Below are positions 1-15,836 of a stretch of DNA of 64,000 nt, one piece after another. Position numbers and translations under genes: made by a program. The notes below the pieces were generated by a model. It was not told where the DNA came from and did not search any database. It worked only from the letters and a program-made list of their open reading frames with translations. The stretch lies in assembly GCF_009914755.1 (NCBI RefSeq), contig NC_060940.1; one strand, 5' to 3'. The stretch is from the human T2T-CHM13v2.0 reference genome, Homo sapiens. Each line of letters starts with the position of its first letter. Position 1 is the stretch's first letter.

Positions 1-522
<522 letters not shown>

Positions 523-536
523 TTAAAAATCTTTCA

Positions 537-861
<325 letters not shown>

Positions 862-1867
862 TTAACTCTACCAAACATTTAAAGCAGAATTGACACCAAT
901 CCTCAAACTCTTCTAAAAATAGAATATATGGGAACACTACCTAGTTCATTCTATGAGGCCATTATTACCCTGATAACTGTAAAACAATAAAATATTGCTG
1001 AAAGAAATTAAAGAGGACGGAAATAAATGGAAAGACATTCCACATTCAGAGAATGGATGTTAACATTGTTAAGATGGCACTATTCCCCAGAACAATCTAC
1101 AGATTCAATCCCTAGCAAAAATCCCAATGGTCTTTTTTGCAGATATGGAAAAGCCAGCCTTGAAGTTCATATGAAAATTCAGCGGAACCAAAGCAGACAA
1201 AATAATCTTGAGAAAGAAGACACACTTCTCAATTTTAAAACAGTACAAAACTACAATGTTCAAAACAGTGTGGTACCTGCATAATTATCAACATATAGAA
1301 TGTAATAATGTAATTGAGAGTCCAGAAATAAACCTAAATATCTACAGCCAACTGATCTTTGCCAAGGGTACCGAGAACCTCAGGGAAAGAATAGTCCTCA
1401 ACAAGTGGTATTGAAACAATCAGATAATCAAAAGGAAAAGGCTGGACTCTTACCATACACTGTGTAAAAGAAATTACCTAAAAATGGACCAAAGATCTAA
1501 CTATAAGAGCTAAAACTATAAAACTTACGGAAGAAAACATGAGATGAGGATAATCTTCATCAGTCTTGTATTTGGAAATGGCTTTTTGGGTATGATATCA
1601 AAAGCATAGACGACAAAAGAGAAACAGATAAACTAAACTTCATCAAAATAAAAAACTTCTCTATGAAAGGAAATACAATCCAGAGAACAGGAGAAAATAC
1701 CCACAAATGATATATCTGATAAAGGTCTACAGATCTGTGAAGGTCTAGTATACATGAAATTTTTAAAGAGTCTGAGGACTGGTGTTAATTCTTCTTTAAA
1801 TGTTTGGTACACTTACATAGTGCATTTACCGGTACAACAACAAGATGACGACAAATAACCCTATTTA

Positions 1868-2270
<403 letters not shown>

Positions 2271-3086
2271 TCATCATTAGTGAAATGCAAATCAAAATCA
2301 CAATGAGATAGCACTTCACACCCACTAGGATGGCCTTAATCCAAAAAAAAAAAAGAAAACCACAAAAAATAGTGTTGGCAGGGAAGTAGAGAAACTGGGA
2401 CCCTGGAATCCTGCCCCCTGGTGGTGGGAATGTAAAAATGATATGGCACTGTGGAAAAGTTTGGTAGTCTCTTAGTAAGTTACACATAGTTGTACCATAT
2501 GACCCTGTAATTCCAGTCCTAGGTGTATAATCAAAAGAACTAGAAACAAGTGTTCAAACAAGTATTTGTATATAAATGTTGCTAGCAACACTATTCACAA
2601 AAGTCAAAAGGCAAAACCAACCCAAATGTCCATCAACAGATAAATGAATAAACAAAATGTTATATATTCATACAATGGAAATCTTTTTCAGCCATAAAAA
2701 TAAAGTACTGATATATACCAAATGAAATAACCCAGACACAAAGGCCACAAATGGTATGATTCCATTTATATGAAATATCCAGGATATGCAAATCCATAGA
2801 CAGAGAAAGCAGATTTGTGACTACCAGGGGCTGGAGAGCAGGTGAGTCAGGACTGATGGCTAAATGGGGTGCATTTATAGTGATGAAAAAGTTCTACAAC
2901 CAGACAGTGGTGATGACTCTAGAAAATTGTGAATGTATTTAATACTGCTGAATTGCGACGTTAAAATGCTACACTTTCTGCTATTTGTGTCTTACCATAA
3001 TTTACAAAAAGCTTAAAAAAAAAAAAAAGAAATCAAAGCAAAATCTTGACGTTTTCCCAAAGGCTCTCAAGCCAGTGCAGACCTAC

Positions 3087-3278
3087 CAATCAGGCGCAGT
3101 GCCGTCTGAGTGAGGGCCAGCGTGCCGGAATTGAGCAGGAGGTCGAGGTTGTTTGCGCTGTGCTGCAGGGTGAGCATGCTGAGCATCATCAGGAGGAAGC
3201 GGGCTTGCGGGATGCTCCCCAGGCTCGGTCCCAATGGGTTCTCACTGGTGATGGTCTGCAGGGGAACCGGCTGGATAC
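3087..3278 (-). pseudogene. HERC2P: HERC2P exon ~35 (192 nt)
   Basis: IQPVPLQTITSENPLGPSLGSIPQARFLLMMLSMLTLQHSANNLDLLLNSGTLALTQTALRLI|GTAGGT. Confidence 0.9.
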
Positions 3279-3466
3279 CTAATAAGCATTGACACCCACT
3301 TACGTTTCTTGTGATGGATACAAGAATAAACATAACGCAGAAAGCACGGGCTATTACTTTAAACATCTGACTAATAAGCATTGACACCCACTGACATTTC
3401 TTGTGCGTGGATACAAGAATAAAAGTAACACAGAAAGCACGGGCAATTACTCTAAACATCTGACTA
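3279..3466. repeat. Tandem duplication, 2 x ~92 bp, abutting an exon acceptor
   Basis: CTAATAAGCATTGACACCCACT...TAAACATCTGA starts at 3279 and again at 3371. Confidence 0.92.
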
Positions 3467-3980
3467 TTTTTCAGTGGTTTCCACAGAGTGGGCAGCTCTG
3501 TCATGCTGCACGATGGGCCCAACCCCTGTATTCTATGCACAGGTCGTTCCATCTGTCTACAGGACTTAGCATGTTTCTCTCTGAATACACTGGTGCCCTA
3601 TTCCATTCCTTCCATTTCAAATATAAAAGTTATGTCTCACTTTTCCTCCACAAAACCAATCCAATCAACTCTCTGTAGATGCTCAGACTATCCAGGAAAT
3701 AAATATTAATATAGGACACAGACACTTAGGATATGTGGTGATACACATATAAATGTCAAAATGTAAAAATGTTATACTAGAGTACTTCAACATTGTATCT
3801 CCTGCTAAATTTTAAAGTTTTGTTTAAAATCTGAGAAAGCTGACAGCAGCATAGATTATACAAGTACAAAGTACAAACTTATTACAGTCTTCTCAAAAGC
3901 AAAAATTGGCATTTGCAAGTTTCCACAACACATAATTAAAGGCAAACTATAAAATAACATTGATGCAATTGTTGACTCAC

Positions 3981-4132
3981 CAAGCTCTTTAAATTTGGCA
4001 CTGGCATCCATCAGAACATTTAGAATGTTCTGAACAGTCCAAGCATACAGCTTGCCAAAGGTGACTTCCAGCAGCATCCGATTAAAAGGTGGGATCAAAT
4101 CAACATCCTTTAAACAATCAGTAAGAGGTTCC
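3981..4132 (-). pseudogene. HERC2P: HERC2P exon ~34 (152 nt)
   Basis: EPLTDCLKDVDLIPPFNRMLLEVTFGKLYAWTVQNILNVLMDASAKFKEL|GTGAGT. Confidence 0.9.
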
Positions 4133-4249
4133 CTTTCAAATAAAGATAAAGAATTTGACTCGGGACACTGCCAGACTTCTAACTGTTACAGAACAACATT
4201 CTGTTGCCACAGCTTCCTTAGTTAGGAAAAAAATATGCTAACGTTTTAC

Positions 4250-4392
4250 CCTATATCGATTCCTTCAGGAATAAGTCTTTGCCATCCACAAAACATCGCT
4301 TACTGCACAGATGGAAGTAAGAAATTCTTGCTCACCAGATACAATTTCAAAATTGTATCTATCCCTTCCAGGCGAACCTCTGCTCTCTCCAA
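4250..4392 (-). pseudogene. HERC2P: HERC2P exon ~33 (143 nt; 6-nt insertion, nonsense codon)
   Basis: LERAEVRLEGIDTILKLYLVSKNFLLPSVQ*AMFCGWQRLIPEGIDIG|GTAA. Confidence 0.9.
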
Positions 4393-4471
4393 CTGCAAAA
4401 TATCAATGCATATACAGTTAAGTGTTATGTATATTACCCACTGCAGAGAAGCATTTCTCATCAAATGTTAT

Positions 4472-4645
4472 CTGTTTTAGTAGGCACTATCTCATTTTTT
4501 CCACATCCACTGGCTCTTCTTTAAGGGCAAATTCAGCAATTGTACTGAGGAGTGGAGACTGCGGATAAAGATCCTGAACATTCTGCTTCAACCACTTGTA
4601 TCTGTGAACCCCTGTAACAGTACTCAACAGTGGCTGCCATTTGTC
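4472..4645 (-). pseudogene. HERC2P: HERC2P exon ~32 (174 nt; nonsense codon, dead donor)
   Basis: DKWQPLLSTVTGVHRYKWLKQNVQ...EEPVDVEKMR*CLLKQ|ATAACA. Confidence 0.9.
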
Positions 4646-5178
4646 CTAACAAAGGAAAACAATTTTCATCATTAGTCTACCCTATTTAATATTAAACTGT
4701 GCTCTAAAAGTTATTCAAGTAAAATATAAATAATGCTCATAGGTTTAAATTGGTTAAAATATGTTAAATTTAGTAATTAATACATGGTTTTAAAACTATG
4801 CTATAAATATAAGTGAACTTATCTCTATACTAATATATGTTGGAACAGGCTAGCTTGGCATACGAAGTTAAGTTGTGGTTCATATTAATAGCCACAGGGC
4901 CCAGCACTGTTTCTGGAACAAAGAATATATTTAAGGAATGAATGGTGAATAATTAATGATACAATCTAGTACCAAAAATAAAAGGAAACCCTTCTCCAGC
5001 TACAGCTCTGACCAGGACATCATAAGTCAAGTTCATGAACCATCACTGGGGCCGTATTTCTAACAACCGCCCGTCCCTCCCTCCGGATGCTCAGGTACGG
5101 AGGTACAAGACTGTGGATTCCTTTGCTACATGCTATGATTCTATTCAGCTAACCTCAGAATCACAGAAAACACTGCAC

Positions 5179-5312
5179 CTTGGGTGATTTAATTGCAATG
5201 GGTCTCTTGTCCACATTTATTGGACTATGAGGCAAAATGCAGGCTTCTTCTAAATCACTCTCTTCGTTTCCAATTTTTTCTTCATCAGCCGTAGATTCTG
5301 GCTTCTTAGGAA
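5179..5312 (-). pseudogene. HERC2P: HERC2P exon ~31 (134 nt)
   Basis: PKKPESTADEEKIGNEESDLEEACILPHSPINVDKRPIAIKSPK|GT. Confidence 0.88.
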
Positions 5313-5554
5313 CTGTGTTTTAAAACATCATTCACTATAAAAAATCATACACTTAAACATTAATTTTAAATTAGGAAATACTTAGACTTACATGAAAGAC
5401 AAATATTTCATTCAAATAAACATCTGAACAACATTATAAATTGCAAGGCTCAAACAACAAGAGTGAAATGATCACCATGGCAGAACAAAATGACAAAGTG
5501 AGAGCGTGACAAGGGGAGAAGCCCCGAAGCAGGGGAAGCCCAGCAGCCAGCAAG

Positions 5555-5870
5555 CTCTTCCTCAAGTGCCAGAGAGTGAACATTTGAGTCTTTCAGGCCA
5601 CGCAGTCTGTTGGAAATACTCAACTCTGCTGCTGTAGCACAAAAAGTAACCACAGATAAAGCAACAGGTGTGGCTGTGCTCCCGTAAAACTTTATGGTGC
5701 TACAATTTTAGCTTCATGTAATTTTCATGTGTCAAAAATAATATACTTCTTTTAATTTTTAAAAAACAATTTCAAACTGCAAAAAAAAAAAAAAAAAAAG
5801 GTCTTAGTCCACGGGCAACACAAAGCAAGCAAGAGGTGGAATTTGGCCCACAGTTCCTGGCTTGTCCACC
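5555..5870. mobile_element. MER58-like hAT DNA transposon relic
   Basis: tactcaactctgctgctgtagcacaaaa...tgtggctgtgctcccgtaaaactttat motifs. Confidence 0.6.
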
Positions 5871-6029
5871 ATGGTCCAGTTCAGTGGTTCTGTTAGTGTG
5901 TAACTGAATTAATTGAATTCATTGTGATATGTGGAATTTCCTCCCTATATTTTATCTCTTTTAAAATTTTTGGTCTAAATCTCCTCAGCATATAATATAA
6001 AAAATAAGCAACATGACAATACACCTGGG

Positions 6030-6632
6030 CAGTAAAGAGCTAACATAGCAGGCCGGGGTTGCTCAAACACTGCAAATTCCCAAGGAAGGTCTGTCCCTTC
6101 AGGATTGGTCCTTCTTCTTCTAGGAGCTGAGCTCTGAGGCCTTGGAACATCCTGCCTGATAAGTTTTTTGGTATACCTGACACCCAGGACCTTGTGGCAG
6201 TGGTCTGGCCAGGCAATTTATGCTAATGATGTGACTTGCGAGGGACCACTTGTTTTTGCACTGGGGCACTGGAGTGTAAGTAGTTGAGGTCAGTCACATG
6301 GGCACTGCCTGCGTATGTGACTGGCCCCCAACAAAATCTCTAGACTCGAGGTTCAGGTGCGCTGGCCTGGTTAACAATTCTGCACACATGATGTGACCCA
6401 CTGTTGCTGGGAGAGCTAAGCACATCCACGTGACGCCACTAGGGAGAGACACCAAAGCTTGTGCCTAGTTTCCTCTGGACTTCCCTCCATGCACCCTTCC
6501 CTTTGCTAATTTTAATCTGTATCCTTTTTGCGGTTAAAAAAAAAAAAAACACACAGCTGTGAGTATAACAGCTCTTCTGAGTCCTTTTGGTGAATCATCA
6601 AGCCTGAGAGAAGGCTTGGCGATCCCTGACAC
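6030..6632 (+). mobile_element. ERVL LTR (MER21/MER68/MER77 group)
   Basis: ccctttgctaattttaatctgtatcct...gagtataacagc...gaatcatcaagcctgag...cctgacaca end. Confidence 0.6.
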
Positions 6633-7044
6633 AGCAACAGGAATATTAATCACTTAATCTTCTTAAGTTACTTAATTTCCAAAAAAAAAAAAAGAAAACC
6701 AGCTTGAAACAACACACAATAAATCTATAAACCCACAAGAAACTCTAAAAGTGACAGTGTGGGCTCAGAACCCACGGATATGAAATGGCAAATGGTGGAG
6801 TCTCTCTCCCTCATGCTGAGGCAGGCCTGTCTCCTGGGCCCGGGCTGAGTTCCTGCATGCCTGGGTTAAAGGAATTGCAGCAGTGTGACTGCTGTGACTT
6901 CCTGATCCAGAGCACCCATCGGATTCCGACAGGCTGTTATGGTGTAGGGTTTGTTCAGGAACAATCAAATTAGGATGGCTTCTAAAACGCTCTAGTCTTT
7001 CATAAGCTTATTGTTCAAAATGCCCATCAGAAACTGAGTAATTA

Positions 7045-7454
<410 letters not shown>

Positions 7455-7982
7455 CTATTTTATAATTTCTAAGCATTTTTATTCAAATTTGGATTTAATG
7501 CAAAAAGACTTTTCTGTACTCTTACACAGCTACTTCCAGGAAAATGTCAGTAACTCTTTCAGCTTCCCTTTATAATTCTCCATGTATCAGAATACTCAAT
7601 ATTTCCAAACAAAAAACATTTCTTTAGAAGAATGGCAATAAGTTTAAATGTTCCCATTATATCTCATTACCAGGATAACTAATAAAATAAAAATACGTCC
7701 TTGTTCCCATCAATTTAGCAAAGATTATTTACGTTTTCAACATCAATTTACTAGTAATCAAATCATACCACACTCAATTCCTAAACTGCCTCATTGTCTG
7801 ATCGGTTGAAAAAATAGGAGAGATTTCCGTATTTAATCATAACTATACATAAAAATGATGGCAGCAGGTAGAAATGTCACATGGAATCAACAGTAGAGAA
7901 ACTTCACTCTGAAATCACAGGTCCAGCGAGGCAGGGTGAAGCACATGCTTTAATAGTATCTTCTGTCCTTTTACATTCTTAC

Positions 7983-8178
7983 TTCTCTTTTTCCTCCGTT
8001 CCCGAATTATCTTCTGAGCTATCCTCCTCCAACGGGGCAAAGAACTTAACAATTTAAACTCAGAGATTATAGAGAGGTCATTACCAACAGCAGGTCTCAA
8101 TTCATTAGAGAGGAATCTCAAACGTTCGATGACAGGAGTGCAGACCTCCTTGTAAGAACGGCCCTGTTCTTGATGAGT
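7983..8178 (-). pseudogene. HERC2P: HERC2P exon ~30 (196 nt)
   Basis: THQEQGRSYKEVCTPVIERLRFLSNELRPAV...AQKIIRERRKKR|GTAAG. Confidence 0.9.
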
Positions 8179-8270
8179 CTGCAAAGTTAACCAGGAAAAG
8201 ACAACTTTAACAACAAATATTTCTGCAACTGTCTGCAAAGCACAGAATAAAAAGAATTAAAATATATCAC

Positions 8271-8398
8271 CTTAATGAGCGAACATTTTGCTTGGTAGAC
8301 AACTCTACAAACATCCACCACTGACTTAGGCAACGTTCTGTGCTTTATTTGCTCAATATCAAGTACACCTGCATGAACTAAAGATAATGCCACATGAC
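8271..8398 (-). pseudogene. HERC2P: HERC2P exon ~29 (128 nt)
   Basis: HVALSLVHAGVLDIEQIKHRTLPKSVVDVCRVVYQAKCSLIK|GT. Confidence 0.9.
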
Positions 8399-8505
8399 CT
8401 GCAAAAAGACATTTAAAAGAAGGACAGGGAAGGAATGAATATGTACCACAGGTTAGTCGAGGAATCTGCAGTCTAGCTGAAGTACACAGATATTGAGCTC
8501 CTTAC

Positions 8506-8638
8506 CTAAATCTTCATGTTTTAAGAAGCAACATAACAGCAAGCGACCGACCTCTTCCACGGGGTGCTCGGGGGGAAACATGATCGGTGTGGTCAAATGG
8601 CACTGCCTACAGTACCTTTCTATTTGACACAAAAAGCC
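8506..8638 (-). pseudogene. HERC2P: HERC2P exon ~28 (133 nt)
   Basis: FLCQIERYCRQCHLTTPIMFPPEHPVEEVGRLLLCCFLKHEDL|GTAAG. Confidence 0.9.
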
Positions 8639-8911
8639 CTGCAACAGAAACAGCTGGAGGTAACTTCAGGGCCGGCCAGTGAGTCTTCACAAATCTTAAA
8701 CATGCCACAGCTTCTGATGCACTTGCAATCAGTAATGCTTCCGAAGCCTTGCTAGCATGTTAACACAATCAGGTTCTCACCTCAAAACCCTCCAAATAAT
8801 ACATGAAACAAAGTCTGTGCTATGTTAACCAAAGAGCACATAAGTATTCCTATGTCAAAGTCCTCAGATAAACAGAGCACTGAGGTGGCAGTGGGGACAG
8901 GCCTAGCTCAC

Positions 8912-9122
8912 CTTCACGTTGTGATCCTGAATGTTATTGTCTGCAATGGCTTGCAGAAATGCCTGAGAATGGTCCCCCAGGGCCCATCTGTGGGAGCAGT
9001 CGCGATTTGCTGGCAGGTGTGCCCACTGGGAGCTGCAGTGGTCCTCATCTTTCTCCTCGTTGTAGCTGTAGTGGATCTGGCTGGTCTGCAGCCTCCAGAG
9101 AAGATGGATGACTGAAGCCATT
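8912..9122 (-). pseudogene. HERC2P: HERC2P exon ~27 (211 nt, frameshifted)
   Basis: WLQSSIFSGG / shift / QTSQIHYSYNEEKDEDHCSS...ALGDHSQAFLQAIADNNIQDHNVK|GTGAG. Confidence 0.88.
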
Positions 9123-11164
9123 CTAGAAAATGCACACGCAAACATGAAAGAGAAACTCAAGTGCACAACTCAAAATAAATACTAAAAAAAAAAAAAAGAT
9201 GCTCAACTGAACACTCAATTTAGAAGGTAAAATACAGCATCATTCATATGAAAGAGCTCCACCTAACATGTTTACACAGGTTGACTTGTAATTCCTCTAT
9301 CTACGTGAATACACTTTCTGGTGATTCCACACACCTCAGGCACGGCATCAGAACTCAGGATTGTAGTTCCAGTCCAAAATTCTCTGGATACCTGTGCTCT
9401 GCCTGCAGCTGCCTGGTTCCACAGATACCGTGTGAAGACTGAGTTGCACACTCTAACAAGGAAGGCAGCAAAGGGCACCGCTGACACAACTAATCACAGG
9501 ATTTCAAGTCCAAAACTGTGCACGGATGACTATGGGGGTACCAGGGAGACCGGAGGACAGACCACCGCTATTCTGAGGGTCAGTAAGGGACTTGTGGAAG
9601 CAACAACTGAGCTAAGATGAGGAATAAGACCCAGACGCTGAGTATCCAGGCAGGGAACAGCATATCTGAAGGGTTTCTACAAAGAATTACATCCTCAGGG
9701 TAGGCTATGTATTCCTAGAGCACTTATAAAGGAATGAAAAGGAGAAAATATTTAACAAACACACAATCTTTAATGAAGGATAGATCCTTGGAGACGGGAG
9801 GGCCGATGGACTGGAAAGGAGACCTGTGCATGGTGCAAGGCATGGGATCAGCCAGTGCAAATGTTAATTACAACTGCTTATGGTCACTTGAGGGAGCGGC
9901 ACATACACACAAAATTAGGATGTGCACCACTACAGATCTCTATTAACGATCTGTGTTATCAAATACTGCTCCAAATCCAAGCAATCAAAGCGGGGATGCA
10001 CTTACTGTTCTTTTACTGGACATTTAGATTTTTAGAGCACTCAGGAGCATTCCCCAACCCACCACATTCGTTCTTCTGAAACACTAATCCAATGCCAACT
10101 CTCTCTGGCCCCCTTTCTTTAAGCACAGGACAGCCCCTCCTTACTGCTCCAAGATAAGCCTCTGATCCTCCTGTGGCTCGGACCCACCTGCCAGGGCTCA
10201 TGGCACCCTCTGCTCTGGAGCTCGCCAGCCCTGCCCTCCTTGTCAATTTAAACAAAGCCCATCTTCTGGCAAGCAATGAGCCTTGAGGAGGAGGGAGGGA
10301 AGCAGACACCTCAGAGGGCACCACAGGCAGTCCAGCACCCAGCACTGCACAAAGGTCCACCCAACGGGGGGCTGTGTGGACACCAAGATCCTCCTTTCCC
10401 GCAAGCCTCTCCCACACCCACTCTCGCAAGCAGCAGGAAAGCCCTGCTCCTCTCAGCATTGCCCTTGACACTCCTGTGTTTTCTGCCCAGAATGCTCCCT
10501 CATGCAATTTCAGGACTGCTGCCGGTGTGAAGCCTTTCTTCTCCCAGAACCACGTATGAACGTCTCCATTTCACCATTCACCACCTTGTAACGTGACCTG
10601 CTTAGAATGCTGGCTCATCAACAAGCAGCAACTGAAAGCAGAGGCGTGTCCTATCCATCACTGCATCCTGAACACCTCGCATGGTAACGGCACCAGGCAA
10701 CTGCTCAACAGAAGCTGCTCACACGGACGGACAGATAGACAGATGGGAAATGCACGACTACATGAAGGAAAATGTAAACCCATCTTAGGAGACAGGAAAA
10801 AGCTTATTATTTTAGGTGGTTACAAAGGCTGCCATCCTGAAATATAACTGACTTGAGCCTGGTCTGGTAAAAACGCAGTCCTCAAATAGAACGCTGTTCC
10901 CTGAGAGAACAGCTGATCCACATTCTGTGCAATTTCTGGGCATGCAGGGAGACAAAAGCCATGCTGGGCCCATCAGGCAGGGGCTGCAATACGTGAGACC
11001 ACCACAGGGTAGACGGGTAGACACTCCTGCACACTTTTTAGCTTCCTCTGCAGCAACAGACCATGAGGGCAAATGACAGCCACTCACAGCTGTTTCTACC
11101 TGATTGAGTCTCACTATCCTTATTATTATTTTTTGTAGCATCATCAACTGTGTTGAATCCTCCT

Positions 11165-11753
<589 letters not shown>

Positions 11754-11828
11754 CTCTCCCACTCTTAATGGCACTTACAGTTCAAAAAAAATAATCTGCT
11801 AATCAGCAAAAAGCAAAGATTTTCTTAC

Positions 11829-11979
11829 TGGCACATTCAATCTCGACAGGAGACAGCGGTGTGCTCATTGCTAAATAGGAAGTGTGTAATCCGAGAAGCA
11901 GGCCCAGATTCCTCTCTGTGTCTATCAGAGGTGAAGAGAGACTTCCCGGATCTGGTATGGTGACAACTTCTTGGTCAGG
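11829..11979 (-). pseudogene. HERC2P: HERC2P exon ~26 (151 nt)
   Basis: PDQEVVTIPDPGSLSSPLIDTERNLGLLLGLHTSYLAMSTPLSPVEIECA|GTAAG. Confidence 0.88.
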
Positions 11980-12972
11980 CTGGAAAAATAAACTTCATCA
12001 TCAATCTGAGGAAACAGAATTAATTAAAAACATAAAACCAAAAGGACAGCTCTGTCCTGCAGCTGTACCGCCATGTGAGCCCAGGGGTGCCCTGGGTGTT
12101 CTGCCCCTCCATCCTGTAATGAGTTGATGCTGCTGTGCCCAAGTAACAGCAGATACCACATAAACCCACATGCCCTATAAAGCTGGCAGCAACCGTACAC
12201 GCAGAAAAACTAAAGCACAGATACATGATTTGGCTAGAATATTCCTTAGGAATCAGTTTCCAAAGTGACTGTACACCATGCTTCAGAAAGTATAATGAAT
12301 TGTTACATGCATAAAGAACCCACTGGGCAACAAAACTATGACAAGTATTCGATGACAAGTATTAGTGGACTGTGACCACACAGGTAGAGGAAATGAAATT
12401 TATTCTAACAAAAATCAAACTCTGAAAAAAGCAAGAGTTCAACTTTTCCAGTCACAGAAGATATTTACAGCAAAGTTAATTCTCCCCTTCATAAAATGCT
12501 TTAAGCCCTGCCCTAATGGCATTTAATACATTTTATTACTTGTGGATAGCTGGAAAGCTAATCCCAGTATATAAATTCTATGTGTTCGTGAATACATAGG
12601 AAGGACATATTTCTATTGTAAAGAATTACACTTCTACATAGTTCTTCCCAAAAAATACATACCTCAATATAATAAGCCATTCCAAATTTCTACATAAGAC
12701 CAAAGTTTAACCTCTTTTCTTGTGGAACACTGTCTATATTTCTCACAAATTGATCATTTAAAAAACAATCTTTCAAGACCAGTACATCACAGATCCTAAC
12801 ACGAATAAATGTAAATTCATTTATGACAAAACTTCTAAAGGATCTTTATATTATCCCTAATGCCCCCCAAAAGACCCAGATATCAGTACTTCTAGATCCA
12901 AATATTCCTATCACAAACACACGGAGGGTGTCCCCTGCCATCCTCTGCATCACTCAAGGCATACAGCCTCAC

Positions 12973-13076
12973 CTCCAAATATTGGCCAACACAAAATGCG
13001 TGCATGGATTCCCGGGTGACTTCAAACTCGAAAGCAGCTTCCAAAGCTACCACTGGGTTTTCCCCTGCAAACTGAG
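12973..13076 (-). pseudogene. HERC2P: HERC2P exon ~25 (104 nt)
   Basis: QFAGENPVVALEAAFEFEVTRESMHAFCVGQYLE|GTGAGG. Confidence 0.88.
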
Positions 13077-13460
13077 CTGAAAGAAAAAGGGAAAAAGCAA
13101 CAGGAGTTCAATTCAGCTTGCCTGAAGAGCTATAGGAGAAACAGTGAGTAGGAAATAAGTTAGGCGCTTAACTCAAAAGTGAGGGTTACCAGAGTATAAT
13201 GACCTCCCACTGTCTCCCAGGGTTGCCTGGGCCAACTCAGAACTTGAAATGAGTTCCAAGTATTAAAACAAAAAATGCATAATGAAAGGAAATTCTTCAA
13301 ATGTGCTGAATTTGTTGATAAGACAGACACCAAAGCCACAGATACATTAAAATATGCGGGGGCTGGCACAAAACTAAAGAAATCATTTATAAGCCAAATA
13401 CTCTGCTTAAAATGATACAGGCTGTAACTTTTAACCAGGAAATAAGAAGGGTAATCTTAC

Positions 13461-13632
13461 CAAGAATACTATTTCCTGTTAACGACTGTGTCTGGAAGTC
13501 CTTTATATCATACACTTTCTCATCAATCACAATCCAGAAGCCTCCATCTTTATTATGGTTCTCCAAATCAGCTTTGCATATAAGTGTCACTTCCTCATTA
13601 TTTCTACAGTTCTGACCTGTAAAAAAATGACT
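13461..13632 (-). pseudogene. HERC2P: HERC2P exon ~24 (cytochrome b5-like domain); acceptor position uncertain
   Basis: GQNCRNNEEVTLICKADLENHNKDGGFWIVIDEKVYDIKDFQTQSLTGNSIL|GTAAG. Confidence 0.88.
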
Positions 13633-13669
13633 CTCTGTATACAGAAACCAGAATCAGTCCATTGATCAA

Positions 13670-14230
13670 TCAACAGGTAAAATGAAAAGAACAAACTGTG
13701 TGAAAGAACTACAAGCAGAAATAAACAAATCCACAATCACAATGGGAGAAATACATACCTAGCTCTGAAACTAATACCACACATACAAATTCTATTAAAT
13801 ATAGAATGCTTTAAAAAAAATCTAGGCAGCATGAATATCAAATCAGGCCATGCCAGGCCATAGAGCAAATCTCAACAGATTTCAAAGAAATAAAGTTACA
13901 CAGCATGTGTGCTGACTACAATGCAGTTAAATTAGAAATAGGTTTTCAAAAGTTCATTCAAAATAAAATAAAAATGACTCTGTATATACAGAAAATGAAA
14001 ATATTCATCCACATATTTGAAAATTACAAAATACACTTATAAGTAACCCAAAATTCTAAGAAAAAATGACTATGAAAATTAGAAAATGAGTTCAATTAAT
14101 AATCAAAATATTGCAGATCAAAATTGGTGACATACAACTAAATGCATGCTTGAGGGCATTTACGCCTTTAAATGTGTATATTAGGGGGAAAAAGCTAAAA
14201 AAGAAAAGAAACACCAAATCAATAGAAGTC
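13670..14230 (+). mobile_element. Old L1 ORF2 fragment
   Basis: aaacaaatccacaatcacaatgggaga, gcaaatctcaacagatttcaaagaa, gactacaatgcagttaaattagaaat. Confidence 0.6.
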
Positions 14231-15034
14231 TATTAGTTCATAAAAATACTCAAAAAAAAAGAAAACCTGAGTGGTGGTCACCTATGCAAGTGCTAGGATA
14301 CCAACTCAATATTATGAAAAATAGTTAAAGGGAGGTGGCAGTTCAAGAAGTCAAGCTTAGATTATGTCCTTCCTGTACAAATTGTACCTCCTGCTAACCA
14401 GACAGCAGAGGGCAAGGTTGGTAGGGGATTTTATAGAGGACACGCAACACATGAATTCCCTGGTCTAGCTTCACAGAACTAAAGCGGGGAGCCACTGAGC
14501 ATTACAGGCCTCCTGAGCCAACAGAAAGCATGCAGCATGACTCCAGACATAACACCACCCCAACGAGACTGAATTCAAATCCAACCAAACCTCTAGATCT
14601 AACCAGCAGATTAATGTAACTAACAGAAGAATATGTTGGTCTAGAATAAGAGAATGCAATCAACCAAGTTCAGAAAATGTGAAGTTCTCCAAAATAACCA
14701 ACTTGCTTCTTTGAAAAAGAAAATGGTATGATCAGAGACAGGGAGAGGAGGGCCTGGAGCCATGTTGTTTGGGGAAAGAGACTAGAAGCATATGTCAACC
14801 AATGCCAATACACAGAACATATTCAGGTCCTAATTCAAAATTACCACCTAAAAAAGGCATTTTTGAGATAGTCCAGGAAAATGTAACATGGACTACATGT
14901 TAGATTAAGGAATCACTGTTAATCTTATAGACAGGATAATGATATTGTAGGGTTTTTCTTAAATCCTTATCATTAAGAGGTAAAATGCCTTAAAATGTTT
15001 TAAAGACAGAGTTATGCTTTAAAATAATCCAATT

Positions 15035-15149
15035 GGCCGGGCACAGTGGCTCATGCCTGTAATCCCAGCACTTTTGGAGGCCGAGGCAGGCAGATCACGA
15101 AGTCAGGAGATCGAGACCATCCTGGCTAACATGGTGAAACCCCATCTCC
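15035..15149 (+). mobile_element. Truncated Alu (left arm only)
   Basis: Stops at ...aaaccccatctc with no linker, right arm or tail. Confidence 0.88.
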
Positions 15150-15281
15150 TACCACGCCGTATTACCGCATTTAACAGGTATGATGAAGCAACTGAACAGG
15201 CTATTTTTCCATTTCCATTGCATTTCAACAGAACCCATTAAAAAGTAGTATAAATGGCCCTTAAATACTAATATATTTTAA

Positions 15282-15836
<555 letters not shown>

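Noticed and set aside
3067-3552. 161-aa ORF with an internal repeat as a novel protein
   Set aside because: It is one HERC2 exon read through from intron sequence containing the 92-bp tandem duplication.
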